64,000 nt of DNA from an uncultured Acidobacteriota bacterium (GTDB lineage Bacteria; Acidobacteriota; Vicinamibacteria; Fen-336), in assembly GCA_963720545.1 (NCBI GenBank), contig OY970399.1, positions 2,368,001-2,432,000 of the forward strand, written 5' to 3'. The translations under genes and the position numbers were made by a program. The notes under the pieces were generated by a model. That model made no database searches. It was given only the letters and a program-made list of their open reading frames with translations, and was not told where the DNA came from. Positions 16,786 to 26,242 of the stretch are shown here, piece by piece; position 1 is the first letter of the stretch; every line of letters begins with the position of its first letter.

Positions 16786-17757
16786 ATGAGGCTCCTTGCC
16801 GCGCTGCTCGTGTCTTCCGGCGTCCTTGCGGCGCCGTTGTTCGCGCAAACCGGCCGCATCCTGGTGTCGCTGCGCGGCGACGGCCGCGTCAGGGTTGTTT
16901 CTCCCGAGGACGGTACCGCGGGTGCGGCTTTCACCGTGGGCGCGGAACCTGGTGAGATCGCGGTGAGCGCCAGCGGGCAGACCGCCTATGTCGCTGTCTC
17001 CGGCACGCCGGACGGGGACGCCGGCGGCACGGTTGCGGTGCTCGACCTGGCGGGGAAGTCGGTGCGTCGCACCTTCGAGCTGGCGGGCTTCACGTCACCG
17101 GGCGGCGTGCGCCTCGACGGTTCCGGCACCACGTTGTTCGTCGCATGCGCGCCGCAAAACGCGCTCCTCGAACTGGACGCGGAGACCGGGACGCTCGAGA
17201 AGTCGTGGAAGACCGACACCGAAGGCGCGGCCTTCGTGGCGGTCACGCCCGACGGCGGCAAGCTGTACGTGCCGCACCTTGCGGGCCGGAAGCTGGTCGG
17301 CATCGACCGCAAGGCGAACAACGTCCGCACGATCCTGTCCGGCGATCCGCTCAGCGATGTGGACCTCTCGCCCGACGGACGCGAGGCCTGGGTGCTCGAT
17401 CACGAGCGGCGCAGCATCCAGGTGATCGCGGCGAAGAGCGACGTGGTGGTGGCCAGCGTCGCTCTCGACGATTCGGCACCGGGCCGCCTGCGGTTTACAC
17501 CGGACGGCAGGCGCGTGGTGGTGGTCCAGGGCCGGCGCGCGGTGCTCATAGACACCGCGGAGCGCAAGATCCTCTCGGCGCTGCAGATGCCGCTGCGCGG
17601 CGCCGCCCTCGCCATCGCCCCCGACGGCAACCACGCGGTGATCGCCAACCAGGACGACGACAGGCTGACGATCGTCGCGCTGGCGGATCCGCTGCGCATC
17701 GTGCGCACGTTCGCGGCACCCGGCAAGACTCCCGCCGGCGTGGCGTGGCTGCGCTAG
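16786..17757 (+). CDS. YncE/YVTN-type beta-propeller protein, exported
   Basis: Signal peptide; repeated xPDG-x3-(Y/W)V blades. Confidence 0.8.
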   Translation: MRLLAALLVSSGVLAAPLFAQTGRILVSLRGDGRVRVVSPEDGTAGAAFTVGAEPGEIAVSASGQTAYVAVSGTPDGDAGGTVAVLDLAGKSVRRTFELAGFTSPGGVRLDGSGTTLFVACAPQNALLELDAETGTLEKSWKTDTEGAAFVAVTPDGGKLYVPHLAGRKLVGIDRKANNVRTILSGDPLSDVDLSPDGREAWVLDHERRSIQVIAAKSDVVVASVALDDSAPGRLRFTPDGRRVVVVQGRRAVLIDTAERKILSALQMPLRGAALAIAPDGNHAVIANQDDDRLTIVALADPLRIVRTFAAPGKTPAGVAWLR

Positions 17758-17773
17758 GGCTTCACCTGGCGGC

Positions 17774-18238
17774 CTAGAGCCGCGAGACGAGGAACAGGCC
17801 GGCGCCGATCGTGACGAGGTCCTCGAGGACGGCGATCAGCAGGTCGGAATAGCCGGCCTGAGCCACGAGAGCGTGGCGCGCCCGATAGCCGGTGAACGAC
17901 CCGACCACTGCGCCTGCCGCACCCGCGATCGCGCCCGTGAGGAGCGGCGCCCCGGCCGAAGCCTGCACCACGACGCCGCAGAGGGCGCCCGACAACAGGC
18001 GCGCGGCGAGCGGACCGGTTGTGAGCCGGCTGGGAGTGAACGGCAGCTTGTCGGTGCACAGCTCGACCACCGCGAACACGGCCAGCACCCACTTCGCCGG
18101 CACCGACGCCATGAACGCGACAGCCGACTGCGCCACGGCCGGCAGCCGGTCGTGCGCGGTCCAGGCCAAAAGCGCCAGCGGCGTCATCGAGCGCAGGCCG
18201 GCGGTTACGCCAAGGGCAAAGGCGATGAACAAGAGCAT
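17774..18238 (-). CDS. DUF4126-like membrane protein
   Basis: AGLRSMTP, ELCTDKLP.TPSR, AVLED motifs; hydrophobic. Confidence 0.75.
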   Translation of the reverse strand: MLLFIAFALGVTAGLRSMTPLALLAWTAHDRLPAVAQSAVAFMASVPAKWVLAVFAVVELCTDKLPFTPSRLTTGPLAARLLSGALCGVVVQASAGAPLLTGAIAGAAGAVVGSFTGYRARHALVAQAGYSDLLIAVLEDLVTIGAGLFLVSRL

Positions 18239-18243
18239 GGCCG

Positions 18244-19104
18244 CTACCTTAAACCCTGCGCTGCCAGCCACGATGCGACGTCGCTCCAGAACAGGGAGCT
18301 GCCGCCCAGTTCGTGGCCGATATCCGGGTAGGTGCGCGACTGCTGCAGCGAGCCGCCCAGGGTAGCGAGGCGCGGCGCGGCGACCCGCGTCGGCACCAGG
18401 CGGTCGTCCTCGGCGAGCAGCCACAGCCCGCGCGCCGTGGTCTCTCGCAGCGCCGGCAGCGGATCCCAGCCCGGCGGGCCGTCGTAGGTGGCGAGCCGCG
18501 CATACGCTTCGTCGATGGGCAGGGCGCGCTGGTCCTCGTAGTAGACATTGGTGCCGACCGGCATCGCCGAGCCGACCACCGCGACGAGGAAGCGCACGCG
18601 GTCGGAGCGCTGCGCTGCATCGGCCATGATCCATCCGGCCTGGCTCACGCCCATGAGGCCGATGCGGGCGCCGTCGACGTCGCTGCGCGCGCGCAGGAAC
18701 TCGACACCGGCGAGCATGTCGGATGCGAGTTCCGCGACTTTCGATTCGCTGTTGCGACCCGACAGTTCCTGGAAAGTTCCGGTCGACTGCCCAACGCCGC
18801 GCTTGTCGTAGCGCAGCGTCGCAAAGCCGAGGCCGAGCCAGTGCGGAACGTGCGCCGCGCCTTCCTGTTTCGTGACCCTGCCGGAACCATGGCCGATGAC
18901 AACCGCCGGAAACGGACCGCGTCCCGACGGCAGGTCGAGCGCGAAGTGGAGACGAGCGCCGCTACTTTCGAGGAAGCCTTCCTCGTGCCCTGCGGCCATC
19001 CCGGTCGGCGAGGTCGGCGCCACGCCGCCATCGCCCGAACAGGCGCCGGCGACGAGGCCGCACGACAGGACCGCTGTGCCGAACAACCGCTGCCGGCTGG
19101 TCAT
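18244..19104 (-). CDS. Alpha/beta hydrolase (S9/S15-like), probable lipoprotein
   Basis: HGSG, YDKRGVG, GVSQAG, DRLVP, GH; VAGAC lipobox-like motif. Confidence 0.85.
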   Translation of the reverse strand: MTSRQRLFGTAVLSCGLVAGACSGDGGVAPTSPTGMAAGHEEGFLESSGARLHFALDLPSGRGPFPAVVIGHGSGRVTKQEGAAHVPHWLGLGFATLRYDKRGVGQSTGTFQELSGRNSESKVAELASDMLAGVEFLRARSDVDGARIGLMGVSQAGWIMADAAQRSDRVRFLVAVVGSAMPVGTNVYYEDQRALPIDEAYARLATYDGPPGWDPLPALRETTARGLWLLAEDDRLVPTRVAAPRLATLGGSLQQSRTYPDIGHELGGSSLFWSDVASWLAAQGLR

Positions 19105-19161
19105 GAGCTGCGCCGAAGATACGCTTCTTCGTGCCCGCGCACGACGAGTCATTTTCTTGAA

Positions 19162-20250
19162 CTAGGCGGAGCCCTTGTTGTCGATCCAGTAGCGGCGGTT
19201 GGGCTTCTTGAGGTCGGGCCCGGTGGCCACGTCCTCCAGAACGCCGCCGTTCTTCTCGATCGTGCGGATCGATCCAGCATTGTCGTCGTCGCACGTCACC
19301 AGCACCCGTTCGAGGCCAAGCTCGGCGCGCGCGAGCTGCAGCGCGAGCCGCAGGATTTCGGTGGCGTAGCCTCGGCGACGAAACTCGGGGACGACGACGT
19401 AGCCGATGTGCCCGCCGAAGCGCAGCAGTGGCGCGCTGAGGATGTGCCTGATCGAGGCGCGCCCGACGATGCGCTGGCCGGCGAACGCGAACAGGAAAGT
19501 GGCGGGCACGTGCTCGGGCGACAGGTTCACGCCTTGTTCCTGCTCGGCAAGCACCTCGAGGTACCGCCGGAACGGCATGCCCTCGTGGTAGTAGTGGAGG
19601 AACGACGGGTATACGGGCGACGTCGCGCGATGCGCCGCGAGGAACTCCGCCTCGTCTGCCTCGCGAAGACGTCGCAACAGCAGCCCGGTCCCCGTCTTTT
19701 CGCGCTTGAAAAAGACCAGGCTCCAGAGTGGCCCGAAGAGGAACCAGAAAAAAGCCATGCCCCAGGGGAGCACGTACCAGGCTTCGAGCGCCCGGGTCGC
19801 GTCCGGCCTCGCGACGAACGCGATGACGGCGAGCAGCAAAAGGTCCGTGATCGCCACGGCCACCAGGCAGCGCGCCCAGAGCTTCAGTTCGTAGCGCACA
19901 GCCGCCCAGCCGCGAGAAGGAGGGGGGGACGGCGGCGGGCCGCCCGCGAACCGGTGCGCGAATCGCTGGTCTGCCCAGCGGATCAAGATCGGGCCGAACG
20001 CGACGGTGAACCCCACATACGCCGTCGCCAGGCCGTGCGCGAGCGTCGCGCGCGTGCCGCCGCGCAGGTCGAGCACGGTGAATGCGAGCAGCGCCACGTC
20101 GATGAGCGGCACGCAGAGCAGGCACAACGAACTGAAGCGCCGCTGATGCCAGATGTAGCGCAGCGCCAAGCCGGTGAAGAGCACCACCCAGAAGGCGGCC
20201 TCGCACCCCACGATCAACAAATACAGCGTGCCTGCCCCGGGAGTTATCAT
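19162..20250 (-). CDS. Fusion of a YmcC-like membrane domain and a GNAT acetyltransferase
   Basis: N-terminal CEAAFW..GL..RY, HGLATAYVG, WADQRF; C-terminal GGHIGY.V.PEFRRRGYA, VTCDDDN.GS...IEKNGG. Confidence 0.8.
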   Translation of the reverse strand: MITPGAGTLYLLIVGCEAAFWVVLFTGLALRYIWHQRRFSSLCLLCVPLIDVALLAFTVLDLRGGTRATLAHGLATAYVGFTVAFGPILIRWADQRFAHRFAGGPPPSPPPSRGWAAVRYELKLWARCLVAVAITDLLLLAVIAFVARPDATRALEAWYVLPWGMAFFWFLFGPLWSLVFFKREKTGTGLLLRRLREADEAEFLAAHRATSPVYPSFLHYYHEGMPFRRYLEVLAEQEQGVNLSPEHVPATFLFAFAGQRIVGRASIRHILSAPLLRFGGHIGYVVVPEFRRRGYATEILRLALQLARAELGLERVLVTCDDDNAGSIRTIEKNGGVLEDVATGPDLKKPNRRYWIDNKGSA

Positions 20251-20297
20251 CCTTGCTCCCGATATACTGCGGCCCACTCGAACTGACTGAGGTGCAC

Positions 20298-20729
20298 ATG
20301 TCCGGCAGGAACAAGGCTCGGGTCGGTGAATTCCTTGACCGTGTCCTCACCGGTGGCGACATCGAGGCGACCGGCGACTACTTCGAGCGCGACATGGTTG
20401 AGGAGGTGCCCTTCCCAGGGCAGGGTCCCGGACTCGATGGTCTCAAGGAATTGTTGATCCGCATTCGCTCCGCGTTTCCGGATTCGAACTGGACTCTCGA
20501 AGAACAGATCGCGGAGGGCGACAAAGTATTGAGCCGGTTCGTCTGGTCCGGCACGCATCAAGGCGAGTTCCTGGGCATTCCGGCGACCGAGCGCCCGATT
20601 CGCGTGTGGGGCATGGTGATCGACCGATTCGCTGGAGAGAAGATCGTCTCGACGCGAATCCTGTTGGACATGTTCGGCATGATGATGCAGTTGGGGGTCA
20701 TTCCGAATCCCGCACAGCAGGCGAGATAA
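20298..20729 (+). CDS. SnoaL-like ester cyclase family protein
   Basis: AFPD, IAEGDKV, GTHQGEFLGIPAT; GAGG RBS. Confidence 0.88.
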   Translation: MSGRNKARVGEFLDRVLTGGDIEATGDYFERDMVEEVPFPGQGPGLDGLKELLIRIRSAFPDSNWTLEEQIAEGDKVLSRFVWSGTHQGEFLGIPATERPIRVWGMVIDRFAGEKIVSTRILLDMFGMMMQLGVIPNPAQQAR

Positions 20730-20744
20730 CGATTCAAGACGGTT

Positions 20745-20819
20745 TGGTGGGCCCGCCAGGATTCGAACCTGGGACTGGCCGGTTATGAGCCGGATGTTCT
20801 ACCGCTGAACTACGGGCCC
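20745..20819 (-). tRNA. tRNA with CAT anticodon, likely tRNA-Ile2 (lysidine); elongator Met not excluded
   Basis: GGGCCCG acceptor stem, CCGG-CTCATAA-CCGG anticodon arm, GTTCGAATC T-loop, encoded ACCA end. Confidence 0.93.
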
Positions 20820-20852
20820 GACGGCGAGGCTACCAGACGCGGCCGCGGCGCC

Positions 20853-22094
20853 TCAGTGGCGTAGGCGAGCGGCAGCCTGCTCCACCTGTTCCATGACGCG
20901 CAGCATGTTGCCGCCGAGGATCTTTTCCACATCGGCTTCGGAATAGCCCTTCGCGAGCAGCGCCGCCGTCAGCTTCGGCAGCTGCGAGGCGTCTTCCATG
21001 CCGAACGGCATGGTGGCGCCGTCGAAGTCCGAGCCGAGGCCGACGTGGTCGACGCCCGCCACCTTCACCGCGTGGTCGATGTGCTCGACGATCGCTTCCC
21101 AGGTGACCTTCGGCAGGCTGCCCTTCTCCATCGCCTCACGCGTGAGGCGCGCCATGGTGAGGGTCGCGCACGCTTCGTCGCCGCCGCACTGCTTCGACAT
21201 CCGGTCCAGTGAGGCCACCACGCCGCCTTGCTTCTCGCCTGCCAGGCGCAGCTCCTCGGAGAGGAAGCTCACCTCGTAGTTGATGTTGATGACGCCGCCG
21301 TTCTTCGCGAGCGCTTTCAACATGTCGTCGCTCATGTTGCGCGGATGGTGCGAGATGGCGCGGCACGACGAGTGCGAGGCGATCACCGGCGCGGTCGTCA
21401 GGGCCAGCACGTCGGCGAAGGTCTTGTCGGCCACATGCGAGATGTCCACCATGACGCCGAGCGTGTTCAGCTCGCGCACCACGTCCTTGCCGAAGGCGGT
21501 GAGGCCGTTGTGCTTCGGCTTGTCGGTCGAGGAGTCGGCCCAGTTGTTGCTCTTGAAGTGCGTGAGCGTCAGGTAGCGCACGCCCTGGCCGGCGAAGTTG
21601 CGCAGGTTGGCGAGGTCGTCGTCGATCATGTGGCCGCCCTCGACGCCGATGAGCGCCGCGATCTTGTGCTCGGCAGCTGCCTTGCGGACGTCGGCCGCGG
21701 TGGTCGCGAGCATCAGGTCCTGCGGGTGGCGGCGGATCGCCTCGTGCACGGCATCGATCTGCTGCAGTGCGCGCTCGACCGCCGGCTTGCCGGTCATGTC
21801 GCTCGGCACCCAGATCGAGAAGAACAGCGCGTCGAGCCCGCCCTCGCGCATGCGCGGGATGTCGATGTTGCCGTCCGTGTGCCTCGCGCCAATGTCGAAG
21901 GTCTTGTCGAAGTACATCCGCTGGGTGGTGTCGTCGTGGGTGTCGATGACGATCGCCCGCTCGTGCAAGGTCGCGGCCGGTGCTGTAGCCGTCGCGGTCG
22001 CGGCCGGCGGGGGTGCTGCCGCCGGTTTCGAGCAGGCGGCGCAGGACAAGGCGAGCGGGGCAGCGGCAACGAAAACGGCGAGGAGATCGCGCAT
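20853..22094 (-). CDS. Membrane dipeptidase (M19), probable lipoprotein
   Basis: IDTHDD, GVEGGH, LTLTH, VDISH, ASHS, RN, GLGSDFDG, ILGGN. Confidence 0.93.
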   Translation of the reverse strand: MRDLLAVFVAAAPLALSCAACSKPAAAPPPAATATATAPAATLHERAIVIDTHDDTTQRMYFDKTFDIGARHTDGNIDIPRMREGGLDALFFSIWVPSDMTGKPAVERALQQIDAVHEAIRRHPQDLMLATTAADVRKAAAEHKIAALIGVEGGHMIDDDLANLRNFAGQGVRYLTLTHFKSNNWADSSTDKPKHNGLTAFGKDVVRELNTLGVMVDISHVADKTFADVLALTTAPVIASHSSCRAISHHPRNMSDDMLKALAKNGGVININYEVSFLSEELRLAGEKQGGVVASLDRMSKQCGGDEACATLTMARLTREAMEKGSLPKVTWEAIVEHIDHAVKVAGVDHVGLGSDFDGATMPFGMEDASQLPKLTAALLAKGYSEADVEKILGGNMLRVMEQVEQAAARLRH

Positions 22095-22117
22095 GGGCGC
22101 GATTGTACCGGCGCGTG

Positions 22118-24733
22118 CTAGTCCCTGAGGCAGAGCGCTGGATCGACACGCACGGCCGTGCGGCACGGTGCCGCGCTCGCCGCCAATACCACCAGCGCGA
22201 CGACCGCGATTCCAAAAGCCACCACCGCTGGCTCGAGGGAATGATTGCCGGCAATCGAAGAGCGCGTCACCGCGACCAGGGCGCCGCCAAGAGCCAGGCC
22301 CGCGACCATGCCGGGGGCCGCGGTTGCAATGGCCTGCCCGACGACCAGGCGCACAACGCTCGAGCGCGGCGCGCCGAGCGCGAGCCGCACGCCTATCTCG
22401 GTACGCCGGACTTCGACGAACCAAGCCACCATGCCATAGAGCCCTGAGGCGCTCAGCAACAGGGCAAACCCGCCCAGCAGGCTCGCCGCGGCGGCAGCAG
22501 CCCGTCCGGGCAGGAGCTCGAGGGCCAGGTGGTCGTCGATCGTCCGCGGGAAAAACCCGACGACGCCGGGCCCGACGCGGTAAAGCGTGCGCTGGATGAC
22601 CTCGAGCGCGCGGCGTGAGTCCGACCTGGTCCGCGCCAGGAGGCAAAGGCCGAACTCCGGCTGCGTGGTGATGTACACGTGCGCGCCTGCGGGTTCTGTC
22701 AAGCTCAGGTACTTGGCATCGCGCGCGACGCCAATGATCTCGAAGCTCCTTTCGAGGCCGTCGAGAACGATGGTGCGCCCGAGCGGATCCTGACCCGGGA
22801 ACAATCGGCCCGCCAGGGTGGCGTTCACGATGGCGAGGTGTCGGTCGGCGTCGTCGCGGCTGAACTCACGGCCACGAAGCAGGTGCAGCCCGGTCGTCTC
22901 GAAGTAGCCATCGGTGACCGCGAGATAGGTGGCCTGCCCGAAGGGCTGCTGATCGCCTGGCCGCCGCACCTGGGACAGGGGCGTCGAGGCATCGACCGGG
23001 GCGCGGCTCGCCATGGCGGCAGCGCTGATCTGCGACAGGCCACGCACCTGATCCAACGCCTGGCGCGCCAGGACCGAGGCTCCGGCGCCGGTCCCATGAG
23101 CGGGCTCGATGTCGAAGTCGAGGGCGACCAGGCCGGACCGGTCGAAGCCAGCGTCGGCCACGCTGAGCGCGGCCGTGCTGCGCACGAAAAGCGCGGCGGC
23201 CATGACGAGGGCAAGGGAGAAGGCGACCTGAGCCGACACGAGAAAGCGGCGCATGGTCGGCACGACTGCCGACCCGGCGCGCAGGGTGCCGCGACGCAGT
23301 GCTGTCGCCATTTCGATCCGCCACGACCAGGCAGCCGGGGCGAGCGCCAGGATCACACCGCACACGCTGCCGGCCCCCAGGATGGCTGCGACGAGCCGCA
23401 GACTCCACGGCAGGTCGACTCGCAGGATCAGCGTCGGTTGCAAGGCCACCTCGGCCATCCGCGCCCGGGCGATGGCGTAGAGCGCGAGCGACGTCAGCCC
23501 GGCGAGCAACCCAATCAGTCCGCCCTCGAGGACCCGTCGCCGCACCAGCGTCGCGCGCCCCGCGCCGAGGGCGAGATGAACGGCCGTCTGCCGCGCCTCG
23601 GCTGCGGCTCGCGCCAGCACCAGGCCGCTCGCGTTGGCGATCGCCGCGCCGAGGATGAGGGCCGCCAGCGCGGACAACACGATGATGAAGCCGCGTGCCG
23701 GAGCGCGCTGCGCGCCGCGCAGCAGCAACCCCGGCTCGTGCAGCAGGCGGCGCTCGCGCCAGGTGTTGGACATGGTGTGCTGCAGGGTCGCGGTGGCGGC
23801 GAGCAGGCCACGTTCGAGGGCTTCGGTACCGTTCGTCGCGATAGCCATGGCCAGCCAGGACCGATCGTCCCCGCTGCTGCGCCATCCCGGATTGAGCATG
23901 GCGTCTCCCGCCGCAACCGGGATCCAGACGTCGACGCTGGCACCGAAGTATGCAGCCGAGCCGCGGGCTCTCGACACTCCGACGATGGTCACCGGTGTGG
24001 TGTTGAGAATCAGCGTGCGGCCGACGATGCCGGGGTCGCCACCCAGGCGACGGCGCCACAAGCGTTCGCCCAGCACGGCGACCGGCGGCGCTCCCGGGTC
24101 GTCGTCGCCAGCGCTCAGCGCCCGTCCCAGCAGCATTCCGCGGCTGTCGAGATCGGTGTAGGAAGGAGTCACCACTTCACCCAGCGTCTGGAAATCTGGC
24201 GCGCCGTGCGCGCGGATCGCGACCGGTTGAAGGTTGACCGCCACAACAGTGGCCGCGGGCGTCAGGGCCGCGCGCAGCGTCTCCATCTCGCGGTGGGAGA
24301 AGGCCGCGCTCACTCGGCCGGTACGATCGACATGGGCGATCCGCCGCAGGCCGGCCCCGTGGCGGGGGCTGACCGGCTGCAGTAGCAGTGCATCGATGAG
24401 CCCGACAGTGAGGGCCACCGAAGCCAGTCCGCAGGCGAGCATCGCCACCGCCGTCACGGTCCCGACGGGTCGCCGTCGTATCGAGCGCAGCGCCTGCTGG
24501 AGATCGCGAACCAGCACTGGACGACCCCGGGCGAAGCGCCTGAGGCTGGCGCCAACGTAGGCGCGCACCAGGGATCCGGTCTCGCGCACCAGCCAGATGC
24601 GGCTCGCCGCGGTGCCGCGGCCGGCAAGCACCGCGGCGTAGTCGTCGTTCAGGTCATCGAGCACGGCGTGCGCTCGCGACAGCGGCAGGAGGCGTCCGAC
24701 AAGCCAGGTGACGAGGCGGGGCAGACTCGTCAC
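22118..24733 (-). CDS. Duplicated MacB/FtsX-type permease (acidobacterial ADOP family)
   Basis: Two MacB-periplasmic/FtsX halves; LVSAQVAFSL, EIGVRLALGA, RVDP; follows padR. Confidence 0.88.
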   Translation of the reverse strand: MTSLPRLVTWLVGRLLPLSRAHAVLDDLNDDYAAVLAGRGTAASRIWLVRETGSLVRAYVGASLRRFARGRPVLVRDLQQALRSIRRRPVGTVTAVAMLACGLASVALTVGLIDALLLQPVSPRHGAGLRRIAHVDRTGRVSAAFSHREMETLRAALTPAATVVAVNLQPVAIRAHGAPDFQTLGEVVTPSYTDLDSRGMLLGRALSAGDDDPGAPPVAVLGERLWRRRLGGDPGIVGRTLILNTTPVTIVGVSRARGSAAYFGASVDVWIPVAAGDAMLNPGWRSSGDDRSWLAMAIATNGTEALERGLLAATATLQHTMSNTWRERRLLHEPGLLLRGAQRAPARGFIIVLSALAALILGAAIANASGLVLARAAAEARQTAVHLALGAGRATLVRRRVLEGGLIGLLAGLTSLALYAIARARMAEVALQPTLILRVDLPWSLRLVAAILGAGSVCGVILALAPAAWSWRIEMATALRRGTLRAGSAVVPTMRRFLVSAQVAFSLALVMAAALFVRSTAALSVADAGFDRSGLVALDFDIEPAHGTGAGASVLARQALDQVRGLSQISAAAMASRAPVDASTPLSQVRRPGDQQPFGQATYLAVTDGYFETTGLHLLRGREFSRDDADRHLAIVNATLAGRLFPGQDPLGRTIVLDGLERSFEIIGVARDAKYLSLTEPAGAHVYITTQPEFGLCLLARTRSDSRRALEVIQRTLYRVGPGVVGFFPRTIDDHLALELLPGRAAAAAASLLGGFALLLSASGLYGMVAWFVEVRRTEIGVRLALGAPRSSVVRLVVGQAIATAAPGMVAGLALGGALVAVTRSSIAGNHSLEPAVVAFGIAVVALVVLAASAAPCRTAVRVDPALCLRD

Positions 24734-25053
24734 CTGTCGCCCAGTGCCAGTTCGAGCCCCTTGCGCATCCGTTCGACGGAGCGCAGGGCCGCGCGCAACG
24801 CCAACAGGCCGCGGGCGGCAACCTGGTAGTAGCGACGGGGCCGCCCGGGACTGGCGGCGTCGCCGTCGACACGCGAGCTCAAGTAGCGCTTCCCCTCGAG
24901 CCGGTCGAGCGTGACGTAGATGCTGCCGCGCGACACCGAGCGGCCAGTGCGCTCGGCAATCGCCGCGCGAATCACCGGTGCATAGGCCTGCTCGCCACCG
25001 TGCAGGACGGCAAGCAGCACCAGGACCTCGAACTCACCGAGCGCAGCGGCCAT
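24730..25053 (-). CDS. PadR family transcriptional regulator
   Basis: LGEFEVLVL, GSIYVTLDRLE, GRPRRYY. Confidence 0.92.
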   Translation of the reverse strand: MAAALGEFEVLVLLAVLHGGEQAYAPVIRAAIAERTGRSVSRGSIYVTLDRLEGKRYLSSRVDGDAASPGRPRRYYQVAARGLLALRAALRSVERMRKGLELALGDR

Positions 25054-25055
25054 GC

Positions 25056-25090
25056 GCCTACAATGTTGGCACAGAGCCTACATTGTAGGC
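25056..25090. promoter_or_regulatory. Tandem palindromic operators, putative PadR autoregulation
   Basis: GCCTACA-A-TGTTGGC (25056-25070) and perfect GCCTACA-T-TGTAGGC (25076-25090), 20 bp apart. Confidence 0.75.
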
Positions 25091-25095
25091 AACAG

Positions 25096-26241
25096 CTATT
25101 GCCAACTCTCCCAGATCGCGACGGCCACCAGCACCGCGGTGACCGCGGCGCCGAGGCCGAGCGGGCTCAGGTACGGGCCGGCGGGCGCCAGCAGCACGAG
25201 TGCCACGGTGGCGCAGACGACGCCCGGTGAGTATTCGCGCGCCACGGTCCAGCAGAAGAGGATGTTGCCGAGCATGAACAGCACCGGGCCGCCGACCATC
25301 ACGGCGATGGTTCCTGGGCTCGTGTGGCCGAGTGGATGCGCGAGCAGCTTCTCGTCCGCGACCGCGGTGACGATGATGCCGACGACCAGCAGCGCGTGGC
25401 TATAGGTGTAGGCGGAGCGAGCCAGCCTTCCGGGATCGCCGGAGCGGCCGATGATGGTCGCCGCCGCTTCGGCGGCCTGGTCGAAGTAGATCCACCACAT
25501 CGCGGCACTCGAGAGAAACGCGCAGCAGAATGCGGCCACGTTTATGGCGGTGGGCTCGAGCGCTGCGAAGGTGGCGCCGATGACCACGATCGACTCGCCC
25601 AGCGCGATGATGATGAAAAGGCCACAGCGTTCCGCCATGTGGTGGCCGTCGATGTCCCACTCGGCGGTCGCCGAGCGTCCCAGCCCCGGGACCCAGAAAG
25701 CGGCGAGCGGCGCGGCATACTCGATGGCGAGCGCCGCGAGCCAGAAGCCGAGGCGGGCCTGTCCGGAGGCGGAGCCGCCGGCGAGCCAGAGGACGCCCGC
25801 CACAGCGAGCCAGATGAGGATGCGGCGGAAGTTGCGCACGTGCGCCGCGTGGCCGCGCATGCACCACAGCACGAAGGCGGTGCGGCCCACCTGGATTGCC
25901 GCGTAGGCGGCGCCGAACGCCATGCCTCTCTCTTCGAACGCGTGCGGGATGGCGGCGGACATCACCAGGCTCGCGAGCATCGCGGCGAGCAGCATCAGGC
26001 GCACCGGCAGGCGCTCGGGATCGAGCCAGTTGGTGCTCCACGACGTGTACACCCAGACCCACCAGACGGCGAGGGTCAGGAGCCCCGTGCGCAGGGCGCC
26101 GCCCAGGCTGAAATGCTCGAGCAGCAGGTGCGAGAGCTGCGTGATCGCGAAGACGAACACCAGGTCGAAGAACAGCTCGAGGTTCGTGACCTTGTTGCCG
26201 CCGTGCGGGCTGCGCGCGCGCAGCAGGCTCTTTGCGGGCAC
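25096..26241 (-). CDS. ltrA: Low temperature requirement protein A family membrane protein
   Basis: LELFFDLVFVFAITQ, HMAERCGLFIIIALGES, MWWIYF. Confidence 0.9.
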   Translation of the reverse strand: MPAKSLLRARSPHGGNKVTNLELFFDLVFVFAITQLSHLLLEHFSLGGALRTGLLTLAVWWVWVYTSWSTNWLDPERLPVRLMLLAAMLASLVMSAAIPHAFEERGMAFGAAYAAIQVGRTAFVLWCMRGHAAHVRNFRRILIWLAVAGVLWLAGGSASGQARLGFWLAALAIEYAAPLAAFWVPGLGRSATAEWDIDGHHMAERCGLFIIIALGESIVVIGATFAALEPTAINVAAFCCAFLSSAAMWWIYFDQAAEAAATIIGRSGDPGRLARSAYTYSHALLVVGIIVTAVADEKLLAHPLGHTSPGTIAVMVGGPVLFMLGNILFCWTVAREYSPGVVCATVALVLLAPAGPYLSPLGLGAAVTAVLVAVAIWESWQ

Positions 26242-26242
26242 G

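Noticed and set aside
16786..17757. Beta-propeller gene as a fourth member of the RiPP cluster
   Set aside because: It has its own putative -10 just upstream of the ATG and no evidence of linkage; not excluded without a synteny check
17774..20819. Possible genomic islet at the tRNA 3' end
   Set aside because: No integrase, transposase or duplicated tRNA 3' end (att site) found by eye; only a mild compositional shift
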